This document shows positions 51,446 to 64,000 of a DNA stretch of 64,000 bases, piece after piece. The DNA is from Parasitella parasitica NRRL 2501 (Eukaryota; Fungi; Mucoromycota), in contig MU619253.1 in NCBI GenBank assembly GCA_025201805.1, positions 126,202 to 190,201 on the forward strand, written 5' to 3'. Position 1 is the first letter of the stretch. Each line of letters starts with the position of its first letter. The notes beneath the pieces are model-generated. The model worked only from the letters and a program-made list of their open reading frames with translations, was not told the DNA's origin and did no database searches. Made by a program: the position numbers and the translations under genes.

Positions 51446-53296
51446 TGATGGTATATAGAGGGTATGTTTAAAGAAAAAGAACAAAACAAAAAAAAATTGA
51501 GGTGAAGATCTAATTGCTTTATATACTTTTTTTTTTTTTTTTGCATTGAATAAAGCTCACAGGTTAAAAAGCTTCGTCATGAAAAAAAGTACAATGCACT
51601 AAACCTTAAAATGCTTGAGAAAGGTTAAATTACACCAATATAAAAAAGCTCCTAAATCCTAAACCTTGAATTCAGCCCCTCCTATAATGTATACAGCATA
51701 TTCTCCCTCTTTTTTCTTATTAACCAACCTGGTTTCGATGAATTGACAAAACATAATAAAGGTCTTAGATTAAAGAATTCAGCATAATGTATTTGCATTA
51801 TGCTTTGTTTTAAGATAACTTATAAAAATCATAGTTCAATAGAGAATTTTGGCTAGCAAAAATTGGTAAAGTTCAATAGTTCCGACAATTGGCAAAAAGG
51901 TTCATAGTTTAGTATTAATGATGCAAGAACTATATCATTTGTTTAATGATCTTTTTGGCGTTATACTTATATATCATTTTGCGCAAAAAATACACCAACT
52001 AGCGTCATTTTTAATCCTCATGATGCTTTTTTTCTCTCTTTAATATAAAGGATTCTTAAAAGAACTTGCTTTCTCGAGTATGAAAGGGGTATAGTTAAGT
52101 TGCTATTAAAACCATCTGGTGTGAAAGCGTATGACAACGCCAAAGCATGTATATAAAATTGATATAATAGAGAAACTGTGGCGCAACTGGTTATGATGAT
52201 CTAATAATGCTCAGAAATCCTTTTTGTTTTGAAAGTACATCCCAAGATGTTTTATCAATAATGATCTATTATTTGTCCCAAATATGAGTTGCAGATCAAT
52301 TTCGTTTGATTTGCATTGAAAGAAAACCCTTTTGCCTTTTCATGTTATACAATATATAGTTTTCTTCAAAATCAGGTCTACTATGATGCCCCCGTCAAGA
52401 TCCTGCATTCTCGAGACTCAATGTGCTACCATTAGACCAAAAAGAGTATGGAATAATGTTCAATGCTGGTTATATTACCCTATTTTTGTTTGTTATATCG
52501 ATTACAGATTTCCGAGAACTATTTTTTACACAATCTGTTTCATCAACGCTCTGGATTTGTATATTGATTAGAATCTCTGATGCCTCCTCATGCATATAAA
52601 CTACCAACATTGTTATGTGTCTCTACTTAAACTGCCGCATGCTAGCAGCAAGAAATCATCGAGCATTTTTGAACTGAGATGATCATGGTATCATCATGAA
52701 TAGAAAATATGGCATGTTAATAATGTGGACATTCAGTTTTTGTAAACTTTAGCTCAAATGGTTTCAACCAAATCCTTGCTTGATTTGTCTTGAACTCAAA
52801 TAAAACTAGTAAAGACTTGGTTCCTTTTTTTTTAAAAAAAAAAAAAAAAAAAAAAAGTCTGCAGTACTATAGTAGTAATGCAATTGAGGCAGTAAGGCTT
52901 TACGCCAGTTGATAAATAATAAACAATAGATACATAAAATATGATATATTTTGTTGAAATTCAATCAAAGCCAAGCTACTTTTTACAATGGTCATGCCGA
53001 CCAGATGCCATTCAATGCTTATATGTGGCGGCATGCAATGAATGTCAGCATGATCTGGCTCTTTTCACAGTACAATGCCTTGGTGCTCAAGGCATTTTAT
53101 TAATTCAATGTATTATGGAGACACTTGCTGATATCCCGCATGCATTATTTATAAACGTTTGAGATGTGAATGATTTTTTTTTATTTACATGCAATGATAC
53201 TTAAAAACTAGGGGTTATCATTAAAAGAAGGAAAAAAAGGAGGGAGCGCTTATGTACAGTTTAATGGAATGGATATCGTCGTATATATAATATAGC

Positions 53297-53686
53297 CTAG
53301 ACAGCACAACGTGGAGTCAAGCTTAAGCGAACTGTTCGTTGGGGTTGCTCAAATATCAGTGATTCTAACTCTCTAGCTTTGGGCGATTGGTCAACCGAAT
53401 ACTCGTAATCAGATTGACATGGTACAAAATCCATAGTAGTGGATGAAGAAGATGAAACCAATGAGGATGTAGAGGAACTCCTTCTTTTGAATAAAAACGA
53501 AGACAATGAGGACACAGATACCACTTGATGCCTTTTAATGCTATTGTGATGGCTGCTCTCCATACTTGGTCTTTCCAAGGATAAATTTGACATTCTTCTG
53601 TATTGGCTGAATGTCGCTGTTGTATTCAAAAATATTTGCTCTTCTTGACTTAGATAAGGAATATGGATTTCTTTTTGATTTGCCAT
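53297..53686 (-). CDS. Small Ser-rich uncharacterised protein, paralogue B
   Basis: Intronless 129 aa ORF; TATAAAA near 53747-53753; peptide blocks conserved with paralogue A while synonymous positions differ. Confidence 0.8.
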   Translation of the reverse strand: MANQKEIHIPYLSQEEQIFLNTTATFSQYRRMSNLSLERPSMESSHHNSIKRHQVVSVSSLSSFLFKRRSSSTSSLVSSSSSTTMDFVPCQSDYEYSVDQSPKARELESLIFEQPQRTVRLSLTPRCAV

Positions 53687-54699
53687 TTTTTTGTGTAGAA
53701 ATTATAAATGTGAAAAAGCGATTCGGAAACAGGGAATCGGCTCTCTTTTTATACCTTTTTATTTGCATTGTCCGCGCAAACTATAATAAAATTAAGGTTC
53801 ATACATAGCAAGTGCACACTCAAAAAAAAAAGATGAAGCGGTAAATTATCTATGAGAATCTACATGTAGCATAACACATCCTCCTTTTTATCGAAATGAA
53901 CATGAGTACATAATACTAGTTTTCTTCAAGTATCTTCATAAAATCGTTTTCAAAAATCTGGTCTTGTTGCACCAACATGTCATTATCGCAACAATAACTT
54001 GATAATGTGCTACCGTAATTGTAAGTTTGTATATATTTTACATTAAGTTTGATAGCCATGTGCACGGTTATTCCACATATAAATATCTTAGAATTATTGA
54101 AATTGATCAGTTCGCTTTTATCGCATATGCAAGTTATAGCTAGACTAAAAAAAAAACTGCTCCAGAAAAAGTTGGTCATGTAACGGCGCTTGTAGAGGTT
54201 ATCTTGGCCAATAATCAAAGAATTGATCGTATGATTTGATCGACTTTCGATTCGTGTGATTGCCTTGTTATCGAAATGTACTACCACGCACATTTTCGAT
54301 ATGATGGCATCCTTGCATGTGTGTAATTTCCCAGAAGTTGAGATAGCCTATCAATGACGAAAAGGCTGCGCATGCCTAAATGGCGAATTTATCATCTGAC
54401 TCGATTATTAGAACTATTCAAAACCAAATAGAATTTGGGTAATCCGTCTTCTATTTATACATTTGCAATGCATGTAGGTGATTTCAATATCGACGTTAGT
54501 ATACGTGCAAGATCTATGACCTTTGAGAACCAAATCTAATTTCATACGCCAAGTTAATTTCTGGCGACTGCAAGGGATATTTTACGATCAGGTCTTAAAC
54601 TGGCTATTTTCAACCAATAACACAAAAGATTGCATGATATGTGCTCATCAATATATACGGGTTAACTATTTATCAAATTATCTATTAAATACAACTATT

Positions 54700-55241
54700 T
54701 TATCTTCTAGCACATTGGCAACCAGCATAACAGTAGGTGCTTGGACCTATTATAAAATATAAAAAATAAGAATTTCAAATCAACGTGCGGCTCAACATAG
54801 ATCACTAACCATAAACGGAGGTGCAGTCTGAATTGATTCGACTATTCATTTAATGCCAATATGTTCAATCCTCTGTCCAATGAATCATGATTACTTTACT
54901 TACCAATTGCAATTATTATTCGAATAGCCGTAGTAATAGCTTCCTCTGGTTAAACCAGCAGCTAGGCCAATTATCAATCCGATAATAATACAGCAGCAAA
55001 TGAATGAACAAAACCTTCTCTTCATTCCTAGCTTTCTATTCTGCGGTGGTGCGTAGAATTGAGTGAACCTTTGCCCAATAGTGTTGGGATGATTCGTTGG
55101 TGGTGGTGGTGCATAATCTGTAGGTGGCGGTGGTGGTTGGTAGTAAGTCTGGCCACTTGTGCCACCTTGATAAGCAGGCGGTGGTGGTTGGGTGTTGTCG
55201 TTGTAATTGTAGTTGGCATTGTTATTTTCTGTCATTTTCAT
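54700..55241 (-). CDS. Small type II membrane protein: Pro-rich PY tail, Cys cluster, TM helix, C-terminal six-Cys mini-domain
   Basis: PPPPAY; KRRFCSFICCCIIIGLIIGLAAGL; two GT-AG introns give the C-terminus CNCRINSDCTSVYGPSTYCYAGCQCARR*; TATATAAAA near 55380-55388. Confidence 0.75.
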
Positions 55242-55434
55242 CTCGGTTCATATATTGAACTACAAGTTGAAGAGGCAAGGAATCAATATACGCTATAAAT
55301 TATCCTAGTTCTACGGTTTTCGTCCTTCCGAAACCCATACATCATTTATTCCAAGACATTTAAGAGAAACATACACTTCTTTTATATATTCGAAACAGAG
55401 AAACACAACCAAGTCCAAAATATCCTCCATTGGC

Positions 55435-55800
55435 TTATACCAAAAATACTAAATACGCTAATACGACGATGGCAGCCAGTTGAGATGACTTCATAGTGAA
55501 TGTTCTATATTTATTTTTGCGATTTAGTACAACATGCGGATGCTAATTTATCTTGCTAAATTACCTGTATGCATCATTACTTGTACTAGGCGTAATTGTG
55601 TTCGAAGCAATGTTTGTGTTTTGAGGAAGGATGGTTGTAGATTTTTCTGTAATTGTTATTGTTACAGGTGGATAGACAGAATTGCTATCCATTATACCTG
55701 TTGTAGTGGGTGTTAAAATGCTGATGGTATTGTCAAATTGTGCAGCGACCAAAAAAATGAGAGCTGTGCTGATAAGAATAAAGATAATAGTGCTTTTCAT
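55435..55800 (-). CDS. Small Ser/Thr-rich secreted, probably GPI-anchored, cell-surface protein
   Basis: Signal peptide MKSTIIFILISTALIFLVAA; Thr-rich core; one intron near 55505-55564; hydrophobic C-terminus SSQLAAIVVLAYLVFLV*; TATATAAA near 55852-55859. Confidence 0.75.
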
Positions 55801-57939
55801 TCCGTTTGTGTGATTTAGTTGCTTGAAATAAAAATGACATAAACTGCTTGCTTTATATACCACACAGACTAAATGCGGCATGACTTTTCGGCTTTCAGTT
55901 ATATGCGCGCATTGTAACATTGCATATACAACCGTTCCTATTTGCAAACTTTGCCGTTTTTGCCCATGATTCAATTATTCTGTACAAGCTGACAGGATCA
56001 TTGCAAAAAGAAAACTATGATTTTAATAATCACAAAGCACTTTGTAAATAACACTATTATTGTGTAAACAAAATTTTTGCCTTGTCAATACCTCATATTT
56101 TTACACCTTGTGTTAGCCAATACAACAGCATCAGCGGGGCCACCTTCTCCTTAACTCTACTCAACGAAATGTTTCAAGACAGTTTTATTTAGATTGCTTA
56201 TGTAATGGTCCACAGTGTCTTTCTAAATGGATCCTGATTCAAATCGAATGAAAACAGGCACTGATGGAGGCAGTTTTTGCAGAGAAGATTTCCTGCAAAC
56301 AAACAACAAATATCACAACTACAGAACGGACGATGATAATATGGTATTATAATAATCAAGATGCCCAAATTGCGTTTGCCAGCGGTACTGATACCATGTA
56401 TGTTAGTGGGACTTTATGTAGAGTGCCACGCTTTTGGTTGTCTAAACATGTAAATTGATCCACAATCGACGAGTATATACAGTAAACGTGTGTCTAATAA
56501 TTGATTTGCTCCACACCGATAACTGTATGCTGTTTTATCAATGGCCGTATAGTGTCATATATCTTATGGATATATCTAACTTTCTTCCTTTCCTGCTGCT
56601 GGTCGTTGTTGGTCCTGCTGTAAAGAGCCTGACTATATCGGAGGCTTGATGCCATCCTTTACCTTGTGGAATATTCAATGCTTTCAGTAGCAAAGAAATG
56701 TCATTTAGCTCCTAGCTTTTTTCTTCGAAGAACTCGTATGTTTGTTGACAATGCCAACTTTTTGATAACAAATTTTGTCGGTCGCCTGTTGTCGAGATTG
56801 TTTACTATCAGTATATAGGGATGATAAAGTACTGGTAGAAGCAGCAGTAGCAGTAGTGTTAATCGAGGAAGACATGAAAATTCTTCATACAATATCCTTG
56901 TTCCACTTCTCGTGCTTCTTGGCTTGTTATTTTTCTCTATTGAATACGATTTTATGCGTCTTTTTCCAGACACTATGATGCTTTAGTTTATGTTGCTTTT
57001 GGCTTAATAAATTTATCAAGCTACTATTAAAAGTTAAGCTTTTTTTTTTTTTTTTTTGAATTGACTGAGCCTTTTTATTTATTTTTCGTCGAAAGAGTTG
57101 CATCGTAGGCTAAAGTTTCTTCTTAAAGCTTTGATTAAAGGCCCTAATGTTTTAAATGCTTGTACCATTCTTTTCCGAATAGGATTCCAGATTGCTTTTT
57201 TTACCCAACTTTGTAGATTTCAAATGCTCGTACGTGCGATCGCATCTAACGGTTGCTTTTTAGCTTTGATATTGAATATGTGCTAGATGTAAAAAAGAAG
57301 TTTTGAAACGGCATAGTCAACTGTTGTTCCCACATCACATTAAGCTGTAACCATACTGCTTTGTTGTCTTCTAAATGCACGTTGAGAATGAGAGTAATGC
57401 TTAACTTGATTCGATTATTTATAATAGATAGAAGTAACCACACGGAATGGCTTTTGTACAAGAAACCATCTATTCAGGTTCTACTTATTTATATTTTTAA
57501 ATCACAAACCCAAACTTATCAATATATGATTCATCTTTGTAATAAATAGCTTCAGCACTATTCATAGATATTGCTAAATAATACTATATTATTACGATCC
57601 TTGGTACTTAATGACTAAACATGGTCTGATCGTATTTATAATAGATAATCATTCTTATTAGAAAGTAAAGTTATTGGATAGGGAGAAAAGCACGTGATTT
57701 AATAATTCAGCCTTCAAAAGCACATAACTTTGACATCCAATCACCCAGTGGACACCAAGTTACGATCAGTTGGCGACGACCATGCCTGATTTTATGATAC
57801 TTAAGACAGGCTTTATTCTGCTCTTTAGCAAAGCTTATCAACGACAAGAAATGAAGCATATCAAAGTTTTTGTATTTTATATCAGAATACGCTGCTCTAT
57901 TTGTGTACTGCTACATTTGGAATCACACAAAAGACAAGA

Positions 57940-60693
57940 TTATTGCTGTTTCAGTACTAACTTCTGACGCATATTGATAGATCGACTATCAATTAAGGGA
58001 GAATAGGTAGTTCTATCTGTAAAAGGTGTACTTGTGCTTGAAAATTCAAAGTTAACAGTGGATGAGTAATGCTGTGGTATAATTCTTATAATGAAAGGGC
58101 ATTTGTTGTCGATAATGTTGACATTTTCGTAACACCAAATACGATGATAAAAAGTTTGGCCGTCTTGAGAAATACTTTGAGTGTACAATTCTTTAAAAAG
58201 GATATAATGAGCTTTGGCGTTGAGATTATATCAATAATAGGTGCTTACCAACCATTAGTGGTATAACGTCTTTGAAAATAAACGATGTATGTACACCCTT
58301 ATGATCCAAATGTTCAGCCTGCCTTAATACAATACTTTCAGAACCTCCTCGCATCATTTTAATTTTCCTAAATGAATAACCATTGTATTCATACACTTTG
58401 TTTTCTTCAGTATCCTGCGTAGTATAAAATCTAACTACATAGTTTGTGTCAGAAAGCTGCATATAGCTTCCTTCGCCTAGGATTTGTTCCTTCTCAACCG
58501 CCCATGCTCCTAAACTTTTGCATGACATCAATTCTTGTTCCCCAAGGAAAAGTACAGTCTTTTTTTGATGTATTTGTAAGCGTTTTTGCAATACTTGTTT
58601 TAAAATGCTGCTACTTTTATCGTCATATCCGTTGATCACAATTAACACGGACACATTATACCGACCGAAAAAACTGTTTGATGCGAGAGTTGACGCTATG
58701 ATTGTAGCGAGGTTACCAATGGCAGGTTTAATTCCTACTTCTATAAGCAGACGAGTCGATATATTTAGTCTACATTCACAGTCATTACTGATTGATATTT
58801 GCTGATGATTGTCCAGATTTTGGTTGGTAAATATATCGCTACATCGCAACTTGGAGAAAAAATGTTGATATATTGTGTATCAAGACTGGTTATCTAATAA
58901 AACCTACCCATTTGGATGACAATTTCCTAACATTGTCCTGAAAGCATTGATAGTTTTTTATCGACAACTCACCAGAACAGCACTCTCGCAAACAACCGTG
59001 TCTACAGTCTTCAAAATCCATCATTTCCAAATGACTCCACACGTTTTTGCATACAGAATCAGCAATAGTTTCAGTGCATACTTTCTTTTTTTGGGCGGTA
59101 AATATAGACTTTTGAGCAACACCATTTACAAGAGACACTGCTACGGCCTTGTTCAGAATAAACTCAATGCAAGTTTCATAAATATAAGCTTGTAGATAAA
59201 ATGAATTAGAGGGCATCAAATCCATCTCGCTGTCTTGAATAAGCAAATCGTTCTTCTCCATGATATTCTCGTCCCAGATCAATGGCGGTAATTGAGCATT
59301 TGCTATTTGAATTATTTTGTACGGCTTCTGCATAGCGCCTTCGAATATATAATTTTCACATCTGTCATAAACATGCAAAGCTGGACAATTGGCAGATATA
59401 CCACAAGATAAAGCATCTTTGAAAGGTTTCATAAACCTTTTCTGAAGGACATTGCGGTGCATAGTATACAAAAATATACTTTGGATACCTTCAGGGGAGC
59501 CTCTTGATGAGTTGTATTTATTATGTATTCTTTTGCATGCATCCGTGAACTGCTGCAAAAGTTGTTTGAGGTCTGCGCTTTTGAATATTTCGTTTGTCAA
59601 ATCATTCCAAGTCCATCCCTTAAATAGTTTTTTCACGGCCACTACGTCCCAATCAACAGGTTTCCACTTTACAGTTTTCAGTAAAAGGTCATTTAGGTTC
59701 TATGTGCATCAAAAAAAAAAAAAAAAAAAAAAAAATTCATTTTGTTGACAAACTATGTAGCTGTTATTGTGGTCGTAATAAACTTACAAGATAATCAGCA
59801 TCAGACAATTGAGAGGCAAATGTATTAATTATATTTTGCACTCCTAATTTCTTAAAGTGTTTTGTATTTCTCCTTGGTCGAGAGCAACAAGTGCGTTTTC
59901 TGTAGTATATTCTGCTTTTCAGTCCATCGATAATACGTTTAATGACAATGCGTTTTGATGCTGTGCGCAGAATACTATCGAAGGTCAATTGGCACATCAA
60001 TTCCTCGTCCAACGTGGTGGGCACAAGGAGAAAATCACTTGCTGCAAGGCTCTGAGACGCTGTAATCAATTCGTTGGCGCTTTGCATCTGAAAGCATGTC
60101 ACTTTGAGGACATTATCTCCTATGTAGCCAAGTACGTATCGCCTTTCTCTCTCCAAGTTGACAAGCTCTTGCTGCCGAAGTTGTAGATAGCCTACAAAAC
60201 TTTCGGTATAAGTTGAGAATAGCAAACGACTTTCGGCATCATCTTCAGTTATCCATCCAGCGTCTAGGTAAAGTGCTCGTATCGCAGTTTCACAATCTTT
60301 CCCAGTCCATTCGGGTGGTAAACAGAACATAAATTGTGATCCATCAAAATCAACTCCTCTGTCCTGTATCAGTTCTTGTTTGATCTTAGTTGCATATTTG
60401 ATTGCTGTGAGCAGCGCCTGATTTTCGTATTTTGTACGTCGATTTGCCTCTTTTATATACATCTCGACACATTTGGTAAAAGGACTTTTTGTAAAAAAGT
60501 CTGCATGCGTGCCCTTGGGTATCTGCAAGTACATACCACCATCACTCAATATGTGTGGCTCTTTGTATTACAGAATAACTACACAAACCATTAAGTGTAC
60601 GTTTTCCATTGCGATCAACCTGTTGGAGGTTCGATACATACGAAGCTGCCCATAATCATCAAAATCTAGTGCCTCAACAATTAGACAATTCAT
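57940..60693 (-). CDS. Highly diverged HSP70/actin-like-fold protein (HSPA12-like); 5' end uncertain
   Basis: FMFCLPPEW..AIRALYLDAGWI..SRLLFSTYTES resembles the HSPA12 motif TVPAxW..MREAA..AGL..RLxxxxEPEA. The four ORFs 59764-60549, 58890-59642, 58226-58849 and 57940-58188 join in frame through canonical GT-AG introns. Confidence 0.6.
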
Positions 60694-60766
60694 TTTTACG
60701 TGATATCTTCATCTTACACATGCACAGCACTTGGTTATATTTATTGCAATCAAGTAATTCTTTCAT

Positions 60767-60791
60767 AAAAAAAAAAAAAAAAAAAAAAAAT

Positions 60792-60829
<38 letters not shown>
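60767..60829. repeat. Long poly(A) tract
   Basis: About 60 nt of A interrupted once by TC. Confidence 0.9.
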
Positions 60830-60835
<6 letters not shown>

Positions 60836-61712
60836 ATATATCAAACGTTGCAGAAGTTGGGCTTAGTAAATTACCCCTTGCATGAGCTGCAACGAATGGG
60901 GCACCATGATGGAATGTTTGGTCCGCGTTATAGAAGCTGTGGACGTATAATAAAACAAAAGTAGCAGGCACCATAAATGAGATAGACATACTAAGGCCCA
61001 TTTTGAAAAGCAAACGTCTATTGTATGCTATTTTTTTTTTGGCTCAAAATGTAAAAAAACAAGAGCATTACTTTTACAATAACTGTACGGACAATTGGCT
61101 AGAACATAACATTTTAGGTATGAAAATTAAAACAGATAAGAAATAGGGTTTGAATTTAGAATTTTTAATCAAAATAATAGTGAAAAGTAGCTATAGTTCT
61201 GTGAAGCCTACAACATTATAAGCTTTGATGCACATAAACGGCGTGGTAATGCAGGGTGTAGTATATGCGGGGATTAAAATAGAATCGCTGCTGCTACCTG
61301 GGCTTAGTTTTTTGTTCTAATTTGCCATTTTTAAACACTAAATGTTCTTTAAAGAGTTTTTACTACTTAAAATAGACTATCAATACCCAAAGGTGTATTA
61401 ACAAAAAATACGGAATCTGGTATGCTTTTTTCATTGGTAATATTTATTTTTTCTAATGATATTTTAAAATATACAGATAATCTTGATAATGCGTGTTTTC
61501 GGTTTATCGCTTAAAAGTCAAAAAAATTAGCTTGAATGCTCCAACTATACATTATCATCATGTAAAAAGACGATGTATGGGAACAAATGTCTCTAATATA
61601 TATCATACTAAAAAGTTTCGTTTTACGATCCAGAATATGATTTTTGTCAAAATCAAGTTTTCAGATGAGGCAGCATAAGGCAAAAATCGAATCGATTTTT
61701 TCTTTTTTTTTT

Positions 61713-61727
61713 NNNNNNNNNNNNNNN
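61713..61727. other. Assembly gap (N run) next to a poly(T) tract
   Basis: 15 N bases. Confidence 0.99.
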
Positions 61728-64000
61728 CGCTAATCTGCAACAGAAATGATCTATTGATCAACAACAATCGTTTAGGATATTTCTGGACGATGAGTGTCAA
61801 GAAAATCACAAGATTAAATAAAAGTAACCATGCTAATCCCGAGGAATATAACTGTATTTGTTTAGAATTGAAGTATGGCATTATGTATTTTTTTTTTTTT
61901 TTTTGCATTGAGCTAACTGTTTTTGGGCCATTCGAAAGATCATACCTTTATCAAGCATTAATGTAAGATTATCAATGATTAGGCATGCGACAAACATAAA
62001 GATTATATTATCTAGACTACACGATTGTTGCAAACTAGTGGTTTTACATGTGTAAATGCTTACGCTATGATTATAGCTTTCACTGTGATTGAGGCAACTT
62101 CACTTGAGTGTTTAATCGCGTCTTGATATATTTGAATATCACAAATAATCACTCTAAACTTTGGTTTCTTGATACTGTACGGTCCAAAATTAGTTGGCAC
62201 GGTTTATTTATTTGGATTTGTCCATAGGACCATACTAAATAAAGTCATCGTTTGTATATATATAAATGATCTTATCTGATATGCTTGAATGGATCAGACA
62301 ATTTTAAAGGGAACAATCAAGTTTTCAATAGGCGGTTTTGAATTAAGATTGTCTAGTTATCATGCCAATGACATATAAATTGTATAATATTTTGTTTTGT
62401 CAATTAAAAATAGATACCCATGTATATGCGGAATTAATCTGCCTATGTTTGGAGAGATTGCATATGCATAAATACACATTGATCCAGGCATGTTGACAAG
62501 TAGAGCAATGCATATACACATTGATGGCTCTTTTCACATGTTTTCGCACAAATTATCCCGAAATCTGCCTACAACCTTGGTTGCTTTGTAAATCAAGTGT
62601 GTCTGATAATTGTAGCATTTATGAAACAAGCAACTAAATTTTTACAGGCCGGCTTCATTTACAACATCTAGGTGTATAATAATGGTTAAAGTACAAGATG
62701 TAAAAGGGTAGTAATGCTGTGTTCAGCAGTGACATTTTCTGTGATTCTGGATTAGCAACTTGTCTAGTTTTCTTCCGATAATGAGGTACAAGCCTTTCTG
62801 CATGGACATCTACGGCCAATCAAGAAGCAAGACCAGGAGACGGATAGTGTCCACGTAAAAAATGCGGTTGTGGGAGATCTGAAATGTGATCTAGCTGAAA
62901 GGTCATAACACAAAAGATGGCGGATGTAAACTAAATTTTCTAGAGTATAATCCTCCGTCAGTGCAAAGAACATGGTCGAAATTCAGGGTTTTAATTCTGT
63001 CATGTGTTTTTTTTTTTTTTTTTTTTTCGCCCAAAGTGCATTGTGCTTTCAATGCTGTATTATATGCAGATTTTCGTTTCTTGTTGTTTAAATAAAATTA
63101 TGACCTTTTGTGCGACAAATATTGCGTAACGTAGCAGTATCAATGATTAGGATTACCCCGCTTTTTTTCATGGCCCATTTGCAGCTGATTGGATTTGCTA
63201 GATCAAAGAAAAAATCTTAAATGTTCCTGTATCGTGGGTAAATTTTTCATTGAGCAACAAAAAAAAATCCCTTCTCTCTCCTAGGCCTTGTACTGAATGT
63301 TCCTGTACTTGCACTTTATTGATTCAAAGAAACTGCTGCACAATGACATGCAGAAAATGTTGCTATTGGTGTACTCGGCCTAGCTTTTTAAATATGCCAA
63401 ATAAAGAGATTTTAATCTTATTACATGTAAATTATGCGTGTATTCTCCATTGGTCATCAAAAATTGGAATGTTGAAAAGGAGAAAATGTAAAACTGTCTT
63501 TGGCCCTCCATATTCTTTATCCGGCGCATGTACGGAGCCTCAATCATTATCGTTTATACCCTTTTGCACAATCAGTATTTATACTGTACGTCATGGAGGA
63601 TATCGGTATAAACCGATTGTTATTGGTGTACAAGCGATATAATGGAATTTGAAATCGCTGGTTTAGATCTGCGAGCTGATGTCCCGGATGGATCCAAAGC
63701 GACAGCGTCAGCAAGGAGAAGAAGCAATGTGCAAGGCACAGGACTGATACCAAGGACATAACCGTAATCCATGGTCAATTCCTTCCGTACTTCCTTGGCC
63801 TAGTCCATGTGAATATGATAAAACAAGCATGTGATACCATTAAAAAAAAAAAAAAAAGCTTGTAGTTAACTCGGTGGACTAGCAGTCCTTAATATAGATT
63901 AGAGAGACAAAAGGTGTAGAAGCTCTAGTATAAATACAAGTCCACATGCCAATTCCTTTTTGTTCCTCTTTTCCCTTAACAATTTCAAATGTCTGTCTTG

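Noticed and set aside
56200-57300. Coding-like, stop-riddled minus-strand sequence
   Set aside because: Possibly a pseudogene, but no consistent frame or homology can be supported by eye
60767-60829. Long poly(A) as a retrocopy tail
   Set aside because: No associated processed gene or target-site duplication; homopolymer runs are common in this window and the length may be an assembly artefact

Overview
Eukaryotic, AT-rich, intron-rich fungal genomic DNA. Gene content, short GT-AG introns and transposon types point to Mucorales (Mucor-like); this is inferred from sequence, not confirmed by a search. Positions 1-4 kb hold a truncated orphan coiled-coil ORF and a decayed intron-containing Crypton (tyrosine-recombinase transposon). 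A dense housekeeping block runs from 4.8 to 50.3 kb: DRG2/RBG2, EBP2, RhoGAP, UMP-CMP kinase, lipoate ligase, TAD3, FAM32A, CAF-1 large subunit, FAR11/STRIP, TGL1-like lipase, a KCH1-like pseudogene, WDR61/SKI8, LCB1, a LINE RT relic, NADP-type alcohol dehydrogenase, SIN3, a PNPOx-like gene, RPB9, a membrane methyltransferase and SPT6. An accessory end (51-64 kb) carries two tandem small paralogues, two small cell-surface protein genes, a highly diverged HSP70/HSPA12-like gene, decayed ORFs and an assembly gap. No rRNA, tRNA or CRISPR was recognised. The most interesting observations are: a strand-oriented GTGAC (HomolD-like) element in housekeeping promoters versus TATA boxes in small or regulated genes; a GATC/GATA tandem array upstream of the ADH; a RhoGAP with membrane helices plus an MIU-like ubiquitin-binding motif; the tandem 'TVRLSLTP-CAV' microprotein pair; and a PY-motif membrane protein with a spliced six-Cys mini-domain. 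Exon boundaries were derived by hand and may be off by a few bases.
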